IMG/VR virus record: IMGVR_UViG_3300021963_000074
Location: 1 to 64,000 of that record
From: a virus
Reading direction: 5' to 3' (one strand)
Length of the DNA stretch: 64,000 bases
Each line of letters opens with the position of its first letter. The first letter of the stretch is position 1. The notes beneath the pieces were generated by a model, which made no database searches, was not told the origin of the DNA, and saw only the letters and a program-made list of their open reading frames with translations. Position numbers and translations under genes: made by a program. Positions 16,670 through 27,285 of this stretch are shown one piece after another.

Positions 16670-18055
16670 TTATAGACCGTATGTTGACCTGTTAGCGTTA
16701 AAGTTCTGTAGTACTTGGTTAGCGGTTAGTGCGGCATTGTACAATCTTGTTATACCTATACGGCCGGTAAAATACTGACTATATTCTCCATTGTTGTAAC
16801 TGCCTAGATACAAGTTAGATGGTGTATTTAATAGGCTAGATAGGGTATGTGACACCGAACCTATGCTAGAACCGTTAATGTAAGTTACTAGTGTTTTAGT
16901 GGCACCGTTTGTCCAAACATACACAATATGTACCCAAGTATTAAGCGACATTGTGTAACTTGTACTGTTGACGTAGTTACCTAGACCATCACCCATCTGA
17001 GCGAACGCGGTGGCTGTAGCTATACGTATTGAATATGACACATCTTGTGAGCCACCTCCGGGATCAAATTTACCTAGAATAGTTTTGGTTCCTCCACCTG
17101 TGTTACTAAGATAAGCCCAGGCTTCCATAGTCCAACTTCCAGATCCAGGTTCTAATAATGCATTATCCGGAATATTAACCTGACTACTTGTTCCATTATA
17201 TGTAAAGTACGGATCAGTATAAGTGATGTTGCTCATTGTACCATTTAATCCGTTGCCGGAAATATCAAACAATGTTGTTCCTGTTCCCGGATAACTTGTA
17301 GTTAAATCAGGATTGTAATAAGCGACTAAATTAGTAGTTACACTGAAATATTTAAGAGATAATGCATTATAGTTTTGTGTTATTTCATCCGCAGATAGTG
17401 CCCGTCCATATACAGCAGTCATACCAATGTCTCCGTACCAGTAGTTGTCACCTAAAGCTACATATTCTCCACTGTTGGCGCTATATTGAGCAAATGTTAC
17501 ACCAGTGTTAGTTCCCACAGGTTGTCCGTTGAGATAATAAGTTACTAGTCCGCCGGTGGTATGCGTAATTGCGATAACAAGCCACTGCATATATGCTATT
17601 GATAGATTGTTGCTAAAACCTCCAACGCCATTGGCACTGTAATGTAGTTTAAAGTTTGATCCATCAAAGTACATATAGGTATTAAAATTTCTAGTGCCAC
17701 CATTGGTGCCAAACAAGCAACGGTATGTGCCGGTTGAAAAAGAACTGTTAGCCATTCTTGCGGCCACTATAACAGTTTTACCAGTGTAGGCAACATTAAA
17801 CTTACTTGCTGTTGTTGAAGCATACTGTGCACCTGTACCACTAAAAGTAAAATAACTGGCGGCGCCAGCACTGGTGAAGGTAGGGCTATTTACTAATGTA
17901 GCATTACTAGCATTGTCTGATAAACCAGTCCAGGCTGTTCCTGTGCCAGGATAGCTGGCAGTGTTGCCAGCATCTACATACAACAACGCACCGTTACTAT
18001 TAAACGAATTGTCATATACTGTTAGACCTTGTAAAGTTACACCTTGTATAATCAT
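16670..18055 (-). CDS. Tandem LamG/concanavalin-A-like lectin domain virion protein
   Basis: Two repeats each starting SYPGTGT and ending YxxALS/TAxxIxQNY/FNA. Confidence 0.8.
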   Translation of the reverse strand: MIIQGVTLQGLTVYDNSFNSNGALLYVDAGNTASYPGTGTAWTGLSDNASNATLVNSPTFTSAGAASYFTFSGTGAQYASTTASKFNVAYTGKTVIVAARMANSSFSTGTYRCLFGTNGGTRNFNTYMYFDGSNFKLHYSANGVGGFSNNLSIAYMQWLVIAITHTTGGLVTYYLNGQPVGTNTGVTFAQYSANSGEYVALGDNYWYGDIGMTAVYGRALSADEITQNYNALSLKYFSVTTNLVAYYNPDLTTSYPGTGTTLFDISGNGLNGTMSNITYTDPYFTYNGTSSQVNIPDNALLEPGSGSWTMEAWAYLSNTGGGTKTILGKFDPGGGSQDVSYSIRIATATAFAQMGDGLGNYVNSTSYTMSLNTWVHIVYVWTNGATKTLVTYINGSSIGSVSHTLSSLLNTPSNLYLGSYNNGEYSQYFTGRIGITRLYNAALTANQVLQNFNANRSTYGL

Positions 18056-21000
18056 TAGATTAATCTCTCAATTGAAATCATGTTGTTGTTGAAACTAGCG
18101 CCTATTTGTAGTGTGATACGATAGGCCCTACTATTTGTAGTATCAGTTAAGATATAAGTTGATGTATCACCGGTACTGGTGAAGCCCCAATTAAATATTG
18201 AGGCAGTAGCAGTTGTTGTCAATGTTCCTGTACCAGCACTGCCGCCACTAGCGGGTGTTGCCATACCATAAGTACCACCTATACTGTATGCAACTGTTCC
18301 GGTTGTTGTTGCTAAACTTAATCCACGATTACCGCTTGATGTGACTGTGGCTTTGATAAGATCCATGGTTACAAAAGTACCGGCATTAACTAATCCGCTG
18401 ACACGATTGTTAAGCAAGGTTCCAACACCTGAGCTGGCTTGACTCAAATCAATATAAGCACCTTTGGTACTGCCGTCAAAGAATCTCAATCTATCTTGGT
18501 AAACATCAAGAACTACCCGAGTTGATAGTGTAGTATTGGATGCAGGAATGCCTAAATTAATCTCACCACCTTCATCACCGCCCATTCTTGGTAAGGTTAA
18601 GATACCAGTGTTGTCAAAAGTCATTGTATAACTGCCTGCAACCAATGAAACATTTGGACTAGTTCCTATTACATTACCTGTGATAGAAATATTACCACTA
18701 AAATTCGTTGCGGTGACATTACCAGTAACTGCAAGCCCAGTATTAGCAAATGTAGCAACAATATTACTTGATGTTACCCCACCTGCAAAAATCTTAACTG
18801 TCTTACTAGCAACCGTTGTACCAATTGCTAAGTTACCGCCTGACTGTCCGGTAGCACTAGCATTACCTTGAGCATATATGTATGTGTCAGCCGCATACAC
18901 AATATTACCTAAACTGTTCGTAGGTGTGTTAGCATCGTAACCGCTATTGATAATACCAAAGTCAGCGTAGTTTACTGTGTCACTACCATTATCAGCAGTT
19001 ATTACAAAATCAGCAGTGGCGTCAGTACCAGTACTCTTATTTTGTAATGTAACTTGAGTATAGTAATTTACGTTACTATTAAAACTTGTTACTGTATTTG
19101 CTAATGGTGTTGTAGTTACACCAACGTTCAATGCTCCAATACCAGTATTTGTAGTTCCTAATATGTTTGCACCACTAGCACCGGTAACATTCAACTGAGT
19201 AGTGATATTAGCAGTTGGAATGTTAGCACCGTTGTTATTTAATGTAATAGACCCTGCGCCGCCCGGGCTTTGTAATATACCACTGCCACCAACTTTAATA
19301 CCACCTGAATATGTTGTTAATATTGTTGATCCGTTAACGTTAGTAACTACATTACCTGCTGCCACAGCAATAGTTATATTACTATTACCGTTAGCAAGAG
19401 TACCTATAAAATTACCTGCACTAACATTACCTGTCGTACTGATTGTATTACTACCAAAACTTGCTAAGAATGTTGCTACATTACTATTTGCATAACTAGT
19501 ACCTGCTGTTATTCCAGTTAACAGCGATCCATTACCAGTAAAGTAGTTTGCTGTTACTAAGTTACCTAAATCAGCATTACCACTAGTAATATTAGCAGTT
19601 ATTGTTAAGCTACTTAATGCACCCAATGATGTGATATTTGGTTGAGCATTTGTATAGACAGTACCTGCTATCAATGCATTACCAACTTGACCACTTACAT
19701 TACCGCCGGTTATAGATGTTAATACACTACCATTACCAATGAAATAGTTGCCGGTAATATTACCTGTGGATGGTTCAACGGTAGCATAGTTTACATATTT
19801 TATAGTGCCATCATATGTCATTATGCTCATAGCACCGGTAGAGGTGATATCTTGTGTAACTACTGGGGCTGGTAATCCTGTCAATTGACTACCATCACCA
19901 ATAAAGTAATTTGCAGAAACATTACCTGTGTAAGTTGGAAGATAGTTAGCAACGTCAGCATTACTATAGCTGCCTCCTAATGATACTTGTGTGCCGTTAG
20001 AATAATTAACTGCAAATATGTCACCTGGTAATGTTAAATTACCATCTGTGCCAAAGTTCCAAGTATGTGTGCCACTAGCATTACCGGATTGTATAGACAC
20101 ATTGCCATCAACATTGACAGTGACATTAGCAAAGTCATCAGTTCCAAGAATTACAGTTTCGCCGTTTCCAGCAATATGAATGTCTGGGCCACCGGTTAGA
20201 TAGATATCTAAATAAGCACTACTATTAGTAGAATCAGGTTGTAACTTTAAGTTGCTAGTACCTATAACAATATTATCGTCAAATGTAACATTACCTGTAT
20301 TACTGCCTCCACCAATTGATACTTGAGTTCCGTTAGCATAGTTAACAGCAAATGTGTTACCTGGTAATGTTAAATTACCATCTATGTCAAATACCCAGTT
20401 GGATTCAATAAAGTTGTTGTTGCCTTGATTGGCTTGTTCATTGTATTGGGTGATAACAAATGTGCCACCGGTGCCTCCAGACACGGTAATAACATCACCA
20501 TCAACATATCCTGTGCCCGGATCTACTACATCGGCATTTGTTAATTGGTTACTCAATCCATAGCCTATGCCCACTGTCATTCCTGTGCCTGAACCACCAG
20601 TGGTTGCCTTCAAAGCACTTCCAGTATCATATCCACTGCCGCCAGTGAGTATGGTACAAATATTAAATTGTCCGCCAGCTGTTAAGGTTAACCCTTCTAG
20701 ATTGATCAATCTGCCATCTGTTCCAAAGGTCCAAGTTGCTGTGTCATACGGGGAAGTTGGTTGGGATGCTTGTACTTCTACATTGCCACCATTGACTAAT
20801 TTAACATATTGATAATCACTGCCGAGATACAGTTCAGTTGGTCCGCCGCCTGCGGTTAAGTGTATGTGATCACCTTCAGCGGTGCCTGTGGGATAAATCA
20901 ATAACGCTTGGTTATCATTAGCACCGCCAGCAGGTGTGAGTTTTATAGCACCAGTAAGTCCACCACCTTCTGCAATAGTACCACCCGCGGGTAATGTCAA

Positions 21001-22329
21001 GTTACCATCATTACCAAATTCCCAAGTGTTGTCATTACTACTGATAGAAACATTGCCGCCTTGAATAGTTAAGTCAGTATATGTACCAACCCCTACAGCA
21101 TTGCCGCCACTAACATAAGCAGTCCAAGTTGTGCCATCTACTGGTGTTGTTAATGTAGCATCTGTATAAAGTTGAAATTCATTTAGTTCTGTTGCTTGGT
21201 AACCCCAAACACCGTTAGCTTCTGTTGTGCCAGTCACCCCTGAGATTGTTACTGTTCCTGAGAATGGATCTCCAAACACCAAATCTGCTAGAGTGACAAT
21301 TACTGTAGCATTGCCAGTGGTGATACCTGTTATTGCTGAACTAAACGCTGGGCTAATAGTAGCTGATTCAATATTACCTTCTGGTACTATTAAGTTACCG
21401 GGTAATGTTAAATTACCGTTGCCGTCAAATATCCATTGTTTTGTGTTTGCATCTTGATTGGTGACTATGTTAACTGGAGCGGCATAATTACCTGAATCTT
21501 CAGTCCAAGCACGAACGGTTATGCCATCATTGTCTTGGCGAACTTGACTGTTCACACCGTTGACATTAGCACCATAATCCCATACTAGACCACGATTAAC
21601 ACCTGCGCCTGCTACATTCCCTTCAAATACAACATTGCCGTCAATATCTAGTGCAAATGAATTGTTACCGTTAACTAAACTGTTCCCAGCCACACCTATA
21701 GGCACAACACTACCATTTGCATAAAAATAATTATCAGTGTAAATTGCATTAGCAGTTAAATTACCACTAACATTAGCAGTTGTCAATGATGTTAATCCAG
21801 TACTACTAATATTATAAATGTAAGCGGTGTTTGATATTATTAAATTGCTGCCATTTACATTACCTGTATAGGTAGGCAAGTAATTAGCAACATTAGTGTT
21901 GCCATAATTTAAATTAATATCAGTCCACGATATATTACCAAGACCATCAGTAGTTAATACATCTCCTATATTACCACCTGTAATTTTTAACTTAGTTGTG
22001 TTTGTTGTAAGTCTACCTAAAATCTCGCCGCTTACTCGTATATTGCCTAATACGCTAAGTGTTCTTATTTTAGCATTCCAAACTAAATTATTATCGCCAC
22101 CAAATCTATTACCTTTGTTGAATTGTACTTGTCCGTTGGAACCACCAGGATCGTTGAATATCTGTAACTCAGGAGTTCCGTATAAAGGAGGATCCGTGTA
22201 ATCAATGATTACTGTCTTTTTCTCTCTTGTATCATAATCAGCCACATTGGAGGTTAATGTGTTATTTGGTTGAGGTGATAAACCTGGATCTTGATTTGGG
22301 TCTATTATTGTTCTTGGATCCGTTGCCAT
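18055..22329 (-). CDS. Long tail fibre / adhesin-like protein
   Basis: 1424 aa, G/N/T-rich; PGGSNGQVQFN; repeated WxFxxDGNLTLP and VANYLPTYTGNV motifs. Confidence 0.75.
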   Translation of the reverse strand: MATDPRTIIDPNQDPGLSPQPNNTLTSNVADYDTREKKTVIIDYTDPPLYGTPELQIFNDPGGSNGQVQFNKGNRFGGDNNLVWNAKIRTLSVLGNIRVSGEILGRLTTNTTKLKITGGNIGDVLTTDGLGNISWTDINLNYGNTNVANYLPTYTGNVNGSNLIISNTAYIYNISSTGLTSLTTANVSGNLTANAIYTDNYFYANGSVVPIGVAGNSLVNGNNSFALDIDGNVVFEGNVAGAGVNRGLVWDYGANVNGVNSQVRQDNDGITVRAWTEDSGNYAAPVNIVTNQDANTKQWIFDGNGNLTLPGNLIVPEGNIESATISPAFSSAITGITTGNATVIVTLADLVFGDPFSGTVTISGVTGTTEANGVWGYQATELNEFQLYTDATLTTPVDGTTWTAYVSGGNAVGVGTYTDLTIQGGNVSISSNDNTWEFGNDGNLTLPAGGTIAEGGGLTGAIKLTPAGGANDNQALLIYPTGTAEGDHIHLTAGGGPTELYLGSDYQYVKLVNGGNVEVQASQPTSPYDTATWTFGTDGRLINLEGLTLTAGGQFNICTILTGGSGYDTGSALKATTGGSGTGMTVGIGYGLSNQLTNADVVDPGTGYVDGDVITVSGGTGGTFVITQYNEQANQGNNNFIESNWVFDIDGNLTLPGNTFAVNYANGTQVSIGGGSNTGNVTFDDNIVIGTSNLKLQPDSTNSSAYLDIYLTGGPDIHIAGNGETVILGTDDFANVTVNVDGNVSIQSGNASGTHTWNFGTDGNLTLPGDIFAVNYSNGTQVSLGGSYSNADVANYLPTYTGNVSANYFIGDGSQLTGLPAPVVTQDITSTGAMSIMTYDGTIKYVNYATVEPSTGNITGNYFIGNGSVLTSITGGNVSGQVGNALIAGTVYTNAQPNITSLGALSSLTITANITSGNADLGNLVTANYFTGNGSLLTGITAGTSYANSNVATFLASFGSNTISTTGNVSAGNFIGTLANGNSNITIAVAAGNVVTNVNGSTILTTYSGGIKVGGSGILQSPGGAGSITLNNNGANIPTANITTQLNVTGASGANILGTTNTGIGALNVGVTTTPLANTVTSFNSNVNYYTQVTLQNKSTGTDATADFVITADNGSDTVNYADFGIINSGYDANTPTNSLGNIVYAADTYIYAQGNASATGQSGGNLAIGTTVASKTVKIFAGGVTSSNIVATFANTGLAVTGNVTATNFSGNISITGNVIGTSPNVSLVAGSYTMTFDNTGILTLPRMGGDEGGEINLGIPASNTTLSTRVVLDVYQDRLRFFDGSTKGAYIDLSQASSGVGTLLNNRVSGLVNAGTFVTMDLIKATVTSSGNRGLSLATTTGTVAYSIGGTYGMATPASGGSAGTGTLTTTATASIFNWGFTSTGDTSTYILTDTTNSRAYRITLQIGASFNNNMISIERLI

Positions 22330-22337
22330 ATATTTCC

Positions 22338-24566
22338 TTATTTTCTCAACAAGGGAGGAATTCCTGCCCTACTTACTTTAAAATTAAATGCTTTTGCATT
22401 CTTCTTAATTGTATCTGGTTTAACATCTACTGTTAATGCAGTTTTAAATCTTGGGTCGTTCTTTTCTTTTTCACTTGGGATATAGCCTGATGCTTCCGAA
22501 ACATCTTCTTTTTTTACTTGTTGTCTTGGTATATCACGCACAAGACTATGTTCGCCATTGTAGTGCCATCCTGGGAAGTATTTAGGTGCTACTCGGAAGA
22601 AACGTTGATACATCATTAATTGTCTTTTTCCTGCACCCTGAATAATAATTTCATCAATCTCAGTGTTGTATTCAGTGATAAATTTACGAATAGCATTGAT
22701 TACAGTGGAATAGATTAAGAATTGATTTTTATTTTTAGCAGTTAAATCTGTGTTCATCTCATCCCCAAAACTATAATCGTCTTGTTCTTCTCTTACACCA
22801 AATGCTACATTCACTGCATTCCAGTTCGACTTTTTACCAAAAGCAGGAGCACCCTTTACGGTGAAGTTTATTAAGAATTTGTTTTTACCAGACTTAAACT
22901 TCATAACTTTGTAGGTAACTTGTTTACGGTCATTGGTGTTTACAAGGTCTTTTGGTTCTTTAACTTTAAGACTGGAATTAGCTAATTCTTCTAAAGGCTC
23001 TTCCGTAACTTCTTGATTTATCTTACTCAGTTCGTATCGTACTATCGTGCCGGTATCAGCACGGAACGCTCTATATCCTAACTCTTTGGCATAACGCTGA
23101 ACTAGTCTGTCGTACAAATTGGCACGGCTTTCAGGATTCGCATTGGCACCGTACTGAACCATATCAGCTTCGGGTTTTTTGCTGGCCGTAAAAAATAACG
23201 TTTGTGGTTGATATTTCTTAATAAATTTTTGTATGGCTGCTAATACAGTAGCAAAGATTCTTTGAGCATCGCCCTCACCAGTTACTTCTTGACTGTTGTT
23301 TCTGTAAAACTCAACACCCCAGATCTCATCTACAATATCTGCTCGGCTGAACATGATGCTTAAATTTGATCCATCTGGTAGTTTGGCCAACATATCAACA
23401 TCGCCATACTCACTCTTTTCTGATTTGGTTTTGTAAGGTTGGTCAAATACTTCATTTACATTATATGTAGGATCGGTCTTCTGACGAGGTATACTTTTAG
23501 GTTGATTTGGATCAACTGGATCAATATCTGTTGTTGTTAATCCAGTCTTCTTTAAAGCATCAATATACTTATGTTCTTCTTCTTCACTGCCAAACGCCAT
23601 AATAGTGCTAGGAGGTCCCTTACCAAAGTCATGTTTACCTAATCCTTTAAGATTACTGATATGTTGACCTAACTTATACCAATCATACACATCGCTAACA
23701 TCTACTTTGACTGTACCTGCAGGCATAGTTGGTTTAGTCTCTGGACCAGGAGGAGGTCCATTTGGATCGTAATCTTCTTCAGTTTTAAATCTAGTAAACT
23801 CATTAGCCAAACTATCTGCTAAATCATTTCTTTTTACTTTTCTAATTACTTTATTTTCAGGTAAACTTAGTCTTTCACTATGTAACTCATCTAGTTTTTC
23901 ATATAGTCTTTTAATAATACCCTGTGTACGCAATGCTTTGAATGCTAAATTCTCTGGTCCAAACTCACCATTTAAATCTAATCCAGCTTGGCGATATTTC
24001 TTAATAGTTTTCAATACGCCCTGTATCTTTTCATAACTATTAGAACGTAGGGCAAATTCTGCTAGTTTGGCTATTTTCTTAAATTTTGCTTTGGCTGCTA
24101 CTTGGTCAAGGTTAGCTTTACGCTTTCTAGGTAATTTAATCCATTTATTGTTTAATATACTATACTCACCCAAACTTATTACAGGTTCATTTGCATCCTG
24201 TACATATAATTCTACTTCATACCCGTTAATTACTATATCATGTTGGTCATTATATACTATCTTTTTAGCGTCAAATAACTCACGGTATACGTCATCGTCA
24301 GTAAAACCAGTCATATCAACTAAAATATGTAGGTCTATATCGCTGTGTTTAGTATACGAATAGGCTGCGTTGCTTCCAGATAATGTTATATCCTTAACGT
24401 CTAAATCGTCTATTCCCAGATGTTCTATGAAATCGTCAGCTATAATTAGTAATTGTTGGCGAACTTCGTCATTCATATGATCACCGTCAAATATAGCTTG
24501 ATTTAAATCGGTATGAAAGTATAATGCGTCACTTAGCTTGAAATCGTGTAATTCTTTAAGGTCCAT
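22338..24566 (-). CDS. Pol-beta-like nucleotidyltransferase fused to several appended modules
   Basis: ITLSGSNAAYSYTKHSDIDLH (GS...DxD) and VELYVQ; start re-assigned to MDLKEL at 24566, just after a terminator and late promoter. Confidence 0.75.
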   Translation of the reverse strand: MDLKELHDFKLSDALYFHTDLNQAIFDGDHMNDEVRQQLLIIADDFIEHLGIDDLDVKDITLSGSNAAYSYTKHSDIDLHILVDMTGFTDDDVYRELFDAKKIVYNDQHDIVINGYEVELYVQDANEPVISLGEYSILNNKWIKLPRKRKANLDQVAAKAKFKKIAKLAEFALRSNSYEKIQGVLKTIKKYRQAGLDLNGEFGPENLAFKALRTQGIIKRLYEKLDELHSERLSLPENKVIRKVKRNDLADSLANEFTRFKTEEDYDPNGPPPGPETKPTMPAGTVKVDVSDVYDWYKLGQHISNLKGLGKHDFGKGPPSTIMAFGSEEEEHKYIDALKKTGLTTTDIDPVDPNQPKSIPRQKTDPTYNVNEVFDQPYKTKSEKSEYGDVDMLAKLPDGSNLSIMFSRADIVDEIWGVEFYRNNSQEVTGEGDAQRIFATVLAAIQKFIKKYQPQTLFFTASKKPEADMVQYGANANPESRANLYDRLVQRYAKELGYRAFRADTGTIVRYELSKINQEVTEEPLEELANSSLKVKEPKDLVNTNDRKQVTYKVMKFKSGKNKFLINFTVKGAPAFGKKSNWNAVNVAFGVREEQDDYSFGDEMNTDLTAKNKNQFLIYSTVINAIRKFITEYNTEIDEIIIQGAGKRQLMMYQRFFRVAPKYFPGWHYNGEHSLVRDIPRQQVKKEDVSEASGYIPSEKEKNDPRFKTALTVDVKPDTIKKNAKAFNFKVSRAGIPPLLRK

Positions 24567-24577
24567 AATGTATTTAT

Positions 24578-24603
24578 GAAAAAAGGCTGTCAATGACAGC
24601 CCT
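24578..24603 (-). terminator. Rho-independent terminator followed by late promoter CATAAATAC
   Basis: GGCTGTC-ATT-GACAGCC stem followed by a T-tract on the minus strand. Confidence 0.75.
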
Positions 24604-24628
24604 TTAAGGTTAGTTTAAATTTTAAAGT

Positions 24629-25627
24629 TTAAATTTTCTTGCTAGCAGCTTTTTTAGCAGTAGCTTTCTTTGGAGTAGCATCTACTGGAGCAGCTACAGC
24701 AGGAACACTAGGTTGCTCTACAGCTGGAGCCTGTGCTTGTTGTGCTTCTAGTGCTTGCTTCTTCTTCAATTCTTCAATGTACATAGGACCAATTGTGTTC
24801 AACAAGTTGTCCTGATTTTCCATACAGAATACATAACTACCACTGTGGCGTAACAATACACGCTTGTCAACATATACCTTACCGCCGATATCACGCCAGT
24901 TTTCACAGAATGTCCAGTCTTCGCTGTAGTAACGACCTTGACGCACTGCTGTGTCAAAGTATGTTTTCAAGTGTTGGTCAAACTTGGGGTCAAGTCCGAT
25001 ATCATTCTTATACGGCTTAACTGCTGGATGAGATTTAAGTTTATCAAATACATGACGCTTCATCAACAAGAATCCTGTACCTGCTTTACTTACTTCTTGG
25101 AATCCATCTGGGCCTTCTTCTGCACCCTCAAATCCATTGACTACCCACTTGATCGGCATAGTCTTCATTGGATATAGTCCACCGATAACATCAACGTTAC
25201 GATTCAACAATACTAGCAAGTGCCATGGCTCCCAACCAATATCTGCGTCAACAAAGAACAAGTGTGTTGATTCTTTTTGATCTAAGAACTTAGCAGTTAG
25301 TGTATTACGGGCACGACTGATAAGACTTTCATTAACCATTGTTTCCAATGTCCAGTCAATACCAAGTTGACGGGCTGTATTTGCCCACTTAATAAATGAC
25401 ATGAATGTACTCTCAGTCAACATGCCACCATAGCAGGGCATTGCGATGTGTACACGGGTAGTACGTAGATAATCTACATCTACTTGCACTTGACCCGGTT
25501 GCGGGGCTTGCTGTGCGGGTTGTTGTGCTTGGTCAGCTATTTCCTGAACCTTTTCGACGGGTACAGTTTTTGCTTCTTTTGTTGCTGCCTTTGCGGTAGC
25601 TTTTGTAGTTGGTTTCTTTGTTGCCAT
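24629..25627 (-). CDS. GT-A fold glycosyltransferase-like protein with K/A-rich termini
   Basis: IAMPCYGG, ESLISRARN, FFVDADIGW (DxD), GTGFLLMKR, SEDWTFC. Confidence 0.75.
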   Translation of the reverse strand: MATKKPTTKATAKAATKEAKTVPVEKVQEIADQAQQPAQQAPQPGQVQVDVDYLRTTRVHIAMPCYGGMLTESTFMSFIKWANTARQLGIDWTLETMVNESLISRARNTLTAKFLDQKESTHLFFVDADIGWEPWHLLVLLNRNVDVIGGLYPMKTMPIKWVVNGFEGAEEGPDGFQEVSKAGTGFLLMKRHVFDKLKSHPAVKPYKNDIGLDPKFDQHLKTYFDTAVRQGRYYSEDWTFCENWRDIGGKVYVDKRVLLRHSGSYVFCMENQDNLLNTIGPMYIEELKKKQALEAQQAQAPAVEQPSVPAVAAPVDATPKKATAKKAASKKI

Positions 25628-25677
25628 ATGGTCCTCTTAAATGATAGTAATATTTACAACTTGAGGGCCAAGCCGAA

Positions 25678-26733
25678 TTATTTTTCTTCTAAGTAGTCGG
25701 CAGTAATATCTATATCTTCTTTTACAGGTTGATTAGTTGTTGTTACTTCAAAATAAGAATGTATACGATTATACAATTCCATATCATTTCTACTGAATTT
25801 TTCTTTCGGCTTATTAAATTCTGGATAATATTTTTTAATCATAAAATCAATTAATGCCGGTACTGTCTTGTATGGTATACTATTAGCAATGTTGGCTCTT
25901 TTGCCCTCACGTGCTAATTTTTGATTAACAAAGTATAAATTTACTCTTTCAGATGGATCAGAAAAATGTATCTTAGCCTCAGCTTCATCTATCTTTTTAG
26001 TTTTTAATGATGTTGCTTCTTTGATTAATTGTAGTATACGAATCTTTTGTTCAGTAGTTGCTTCATGCAATAGTGGACGTAACTTATGTATGATTGCTTT
26101 AGCACTTTCGCTTAGTTGTAGATTCTTATCAAAGACAGGTTTGATTAATCCAGCAGCCTTACCATACAAATCAGTTAATATTCTATTTCTTAGTTCTTCA
26201 TCACCCTTGGCATAGCTTGCTCGTATTGCACTAGCATCACGAATTGGTTTGCCTGCTATGGGAAACTCTGCTACATCAGTGCTTACAACGTATGCATGTT
26301 TAGTCATTGGTTCTAATGGACCTTTGACATATTTTTGCAGATAACTAGGTTGCCCACTTTTAGTTGGTTTAAATGTAAATCTAGGATCAGGTGGAATGTT
26401 TAACTCCGGTACACCTTCCATATCCTTTTTACTTACACCAAACACCATGATAGTTTGGTCCGGGTCTATGCCTGCTTTGCGAAATCGCTCTGCGTATTCT
26501 TCTTTACCGTAGGGATTAGCTACACTGATAATATTCTTTCTAGGAATGCCTAATGCCATAGCCATTTTAGCACGATCCTCTGCACTAAATGGGTTCTTTG
26601 GTAATTCTTGTTTTTGACTTAAAGCAAGGTAGGTATTATTAATACCAAATGTATCTGCTAATTGCTTAAAGCTGGCAGCATGTCCTTTATGAAAAGGATG
26701 AAATCTACCAGGATAAATGGCAATAGTCTGCAT
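25678..26733 (-). CDS. HIGH-superfamily (cytidylyltransferase-like) nucleotidyltransferase with C-terminal extension
   Basis: IYPGRFHPFHKGH, NPFSAEDR, DASAIR. Confidence 0.8.
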   Translation of the reverse strand: MQTIAIYPGRFHPFHKGHAASFKQLADTFGINNTYLALSQKQELPKNPFSAEDRAKMAMALGIPRKNIISVANPYGKEEYAERFRKAGIDPDQTIMVFGVSKKDMEGVPELNIPPDPRFTFKPTKSGQPSYLQKYVKGPLEPMTKHAYVVSTDVAEFPIAGKPIRDASAIRASYAKGDEELRNRILTDLYGKAAGLIKPVFDKNLQLSESAKAIIHKLRPLLHEATTEQKIRILQLIKEATSLKTKKIDEAEAKIHFSDPSERVNLYFVNQKLAREGKRANIANSIPYKTVPALIDFMIKKYYPEFNKPKEKFSRNDMELYNRIHSYFEVTTTNQPVKEDIDITADYLEEK

Positions 26734-27089
26734 TAATAACTTACCTTGATATTTTGCACTACACCAGCACTAAAGTTATTAAGTTTAGCACGTAGCCAAA
26801 CATAATTTCCTGTGATATTTGTATATCCGTTTTCACTTAATGCTTCTACAGAATTAAGATAAACTGTGAACCAATCACTGTCCGTAGCTTCATTAGGCGC
26901 GGTCAACAATGTTGCTTGTATAATAATAGTACCAGTTACACCACTCAAACTCCATGTAACTGTCTGCAAATCTGCGTTGCCTAAATAATAAGCAGCGGCG
27001 GGCTGTTTAATGCCCCTAACAACCGGATTAGGAGATCCAGCGTTATATGCTGTTTGCCCCAATAATTGCAATGTAGTAGATTGTGCCAT
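26733..27089 (-). CDS. Hypothetical (probably structural) protein
   Basis: 118-aa beta-rich ORF, translationally coupled. Confidence 0.6.
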   Translation of the reverse strand: MAQSTTLQLLGQTAYNAGSPNPVVRGIKQPAAAYYLGNADLQTVTWSLSGVTGTIIIQATLLTAPNEATDSDWFTVYLNSVEALSENGYTNITGNYVWLRAKLNNFSAGVVQNIKVSY

Positions 27090-27256
27090 TATGGTTTCAC
27101 AACCTCTACAACTACAGAATCCCCTACTAATTCTTGGGCTACTTGTTCTAGTGCTTGATGAACGTCAGAACCAGCAATGGGAGAACTATCTCCCTCACTA
27201 TCCTTAACAATCTTGCTGAATTTGATGACTAATACATCTTCTACAATTTTTGCCAT
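27089..27256 (-). CDS. Small hypothetical protein (55 aa, MAKIVEDVLVIKFSKIVKD...)
   Basis: Manually read; late promoter, SD GGAG and TAATG coupling to the next gene. Confidence 0.7.
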   Translation of the reverse strand: MAKIVEDVLVIKFSKIVKDSEGDSSPIAGSDVHQALEQVAQELVGDSVVVEVVKP

Positions 27257-27258
27257 GA

Positions 27259-27285
27259 AAATACTCCATTAATAGAGTATTTATC
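27259..27285 (-). promoter_or_regulatory. Late promoter inside an SD-sequestering hairpin
   Basis: AAATACTC/GAGTATTT stem with GATAAATAC in the 5' arm and GGAG overlapping the 3' arm. Confidence 0.65.

Noticed and set aside
21686-21698. 10/13 match to the junction repeat in the fibre gene
   Set aside because: Encodes IGVAG with no Glu cleavage residue; plausible chance match.
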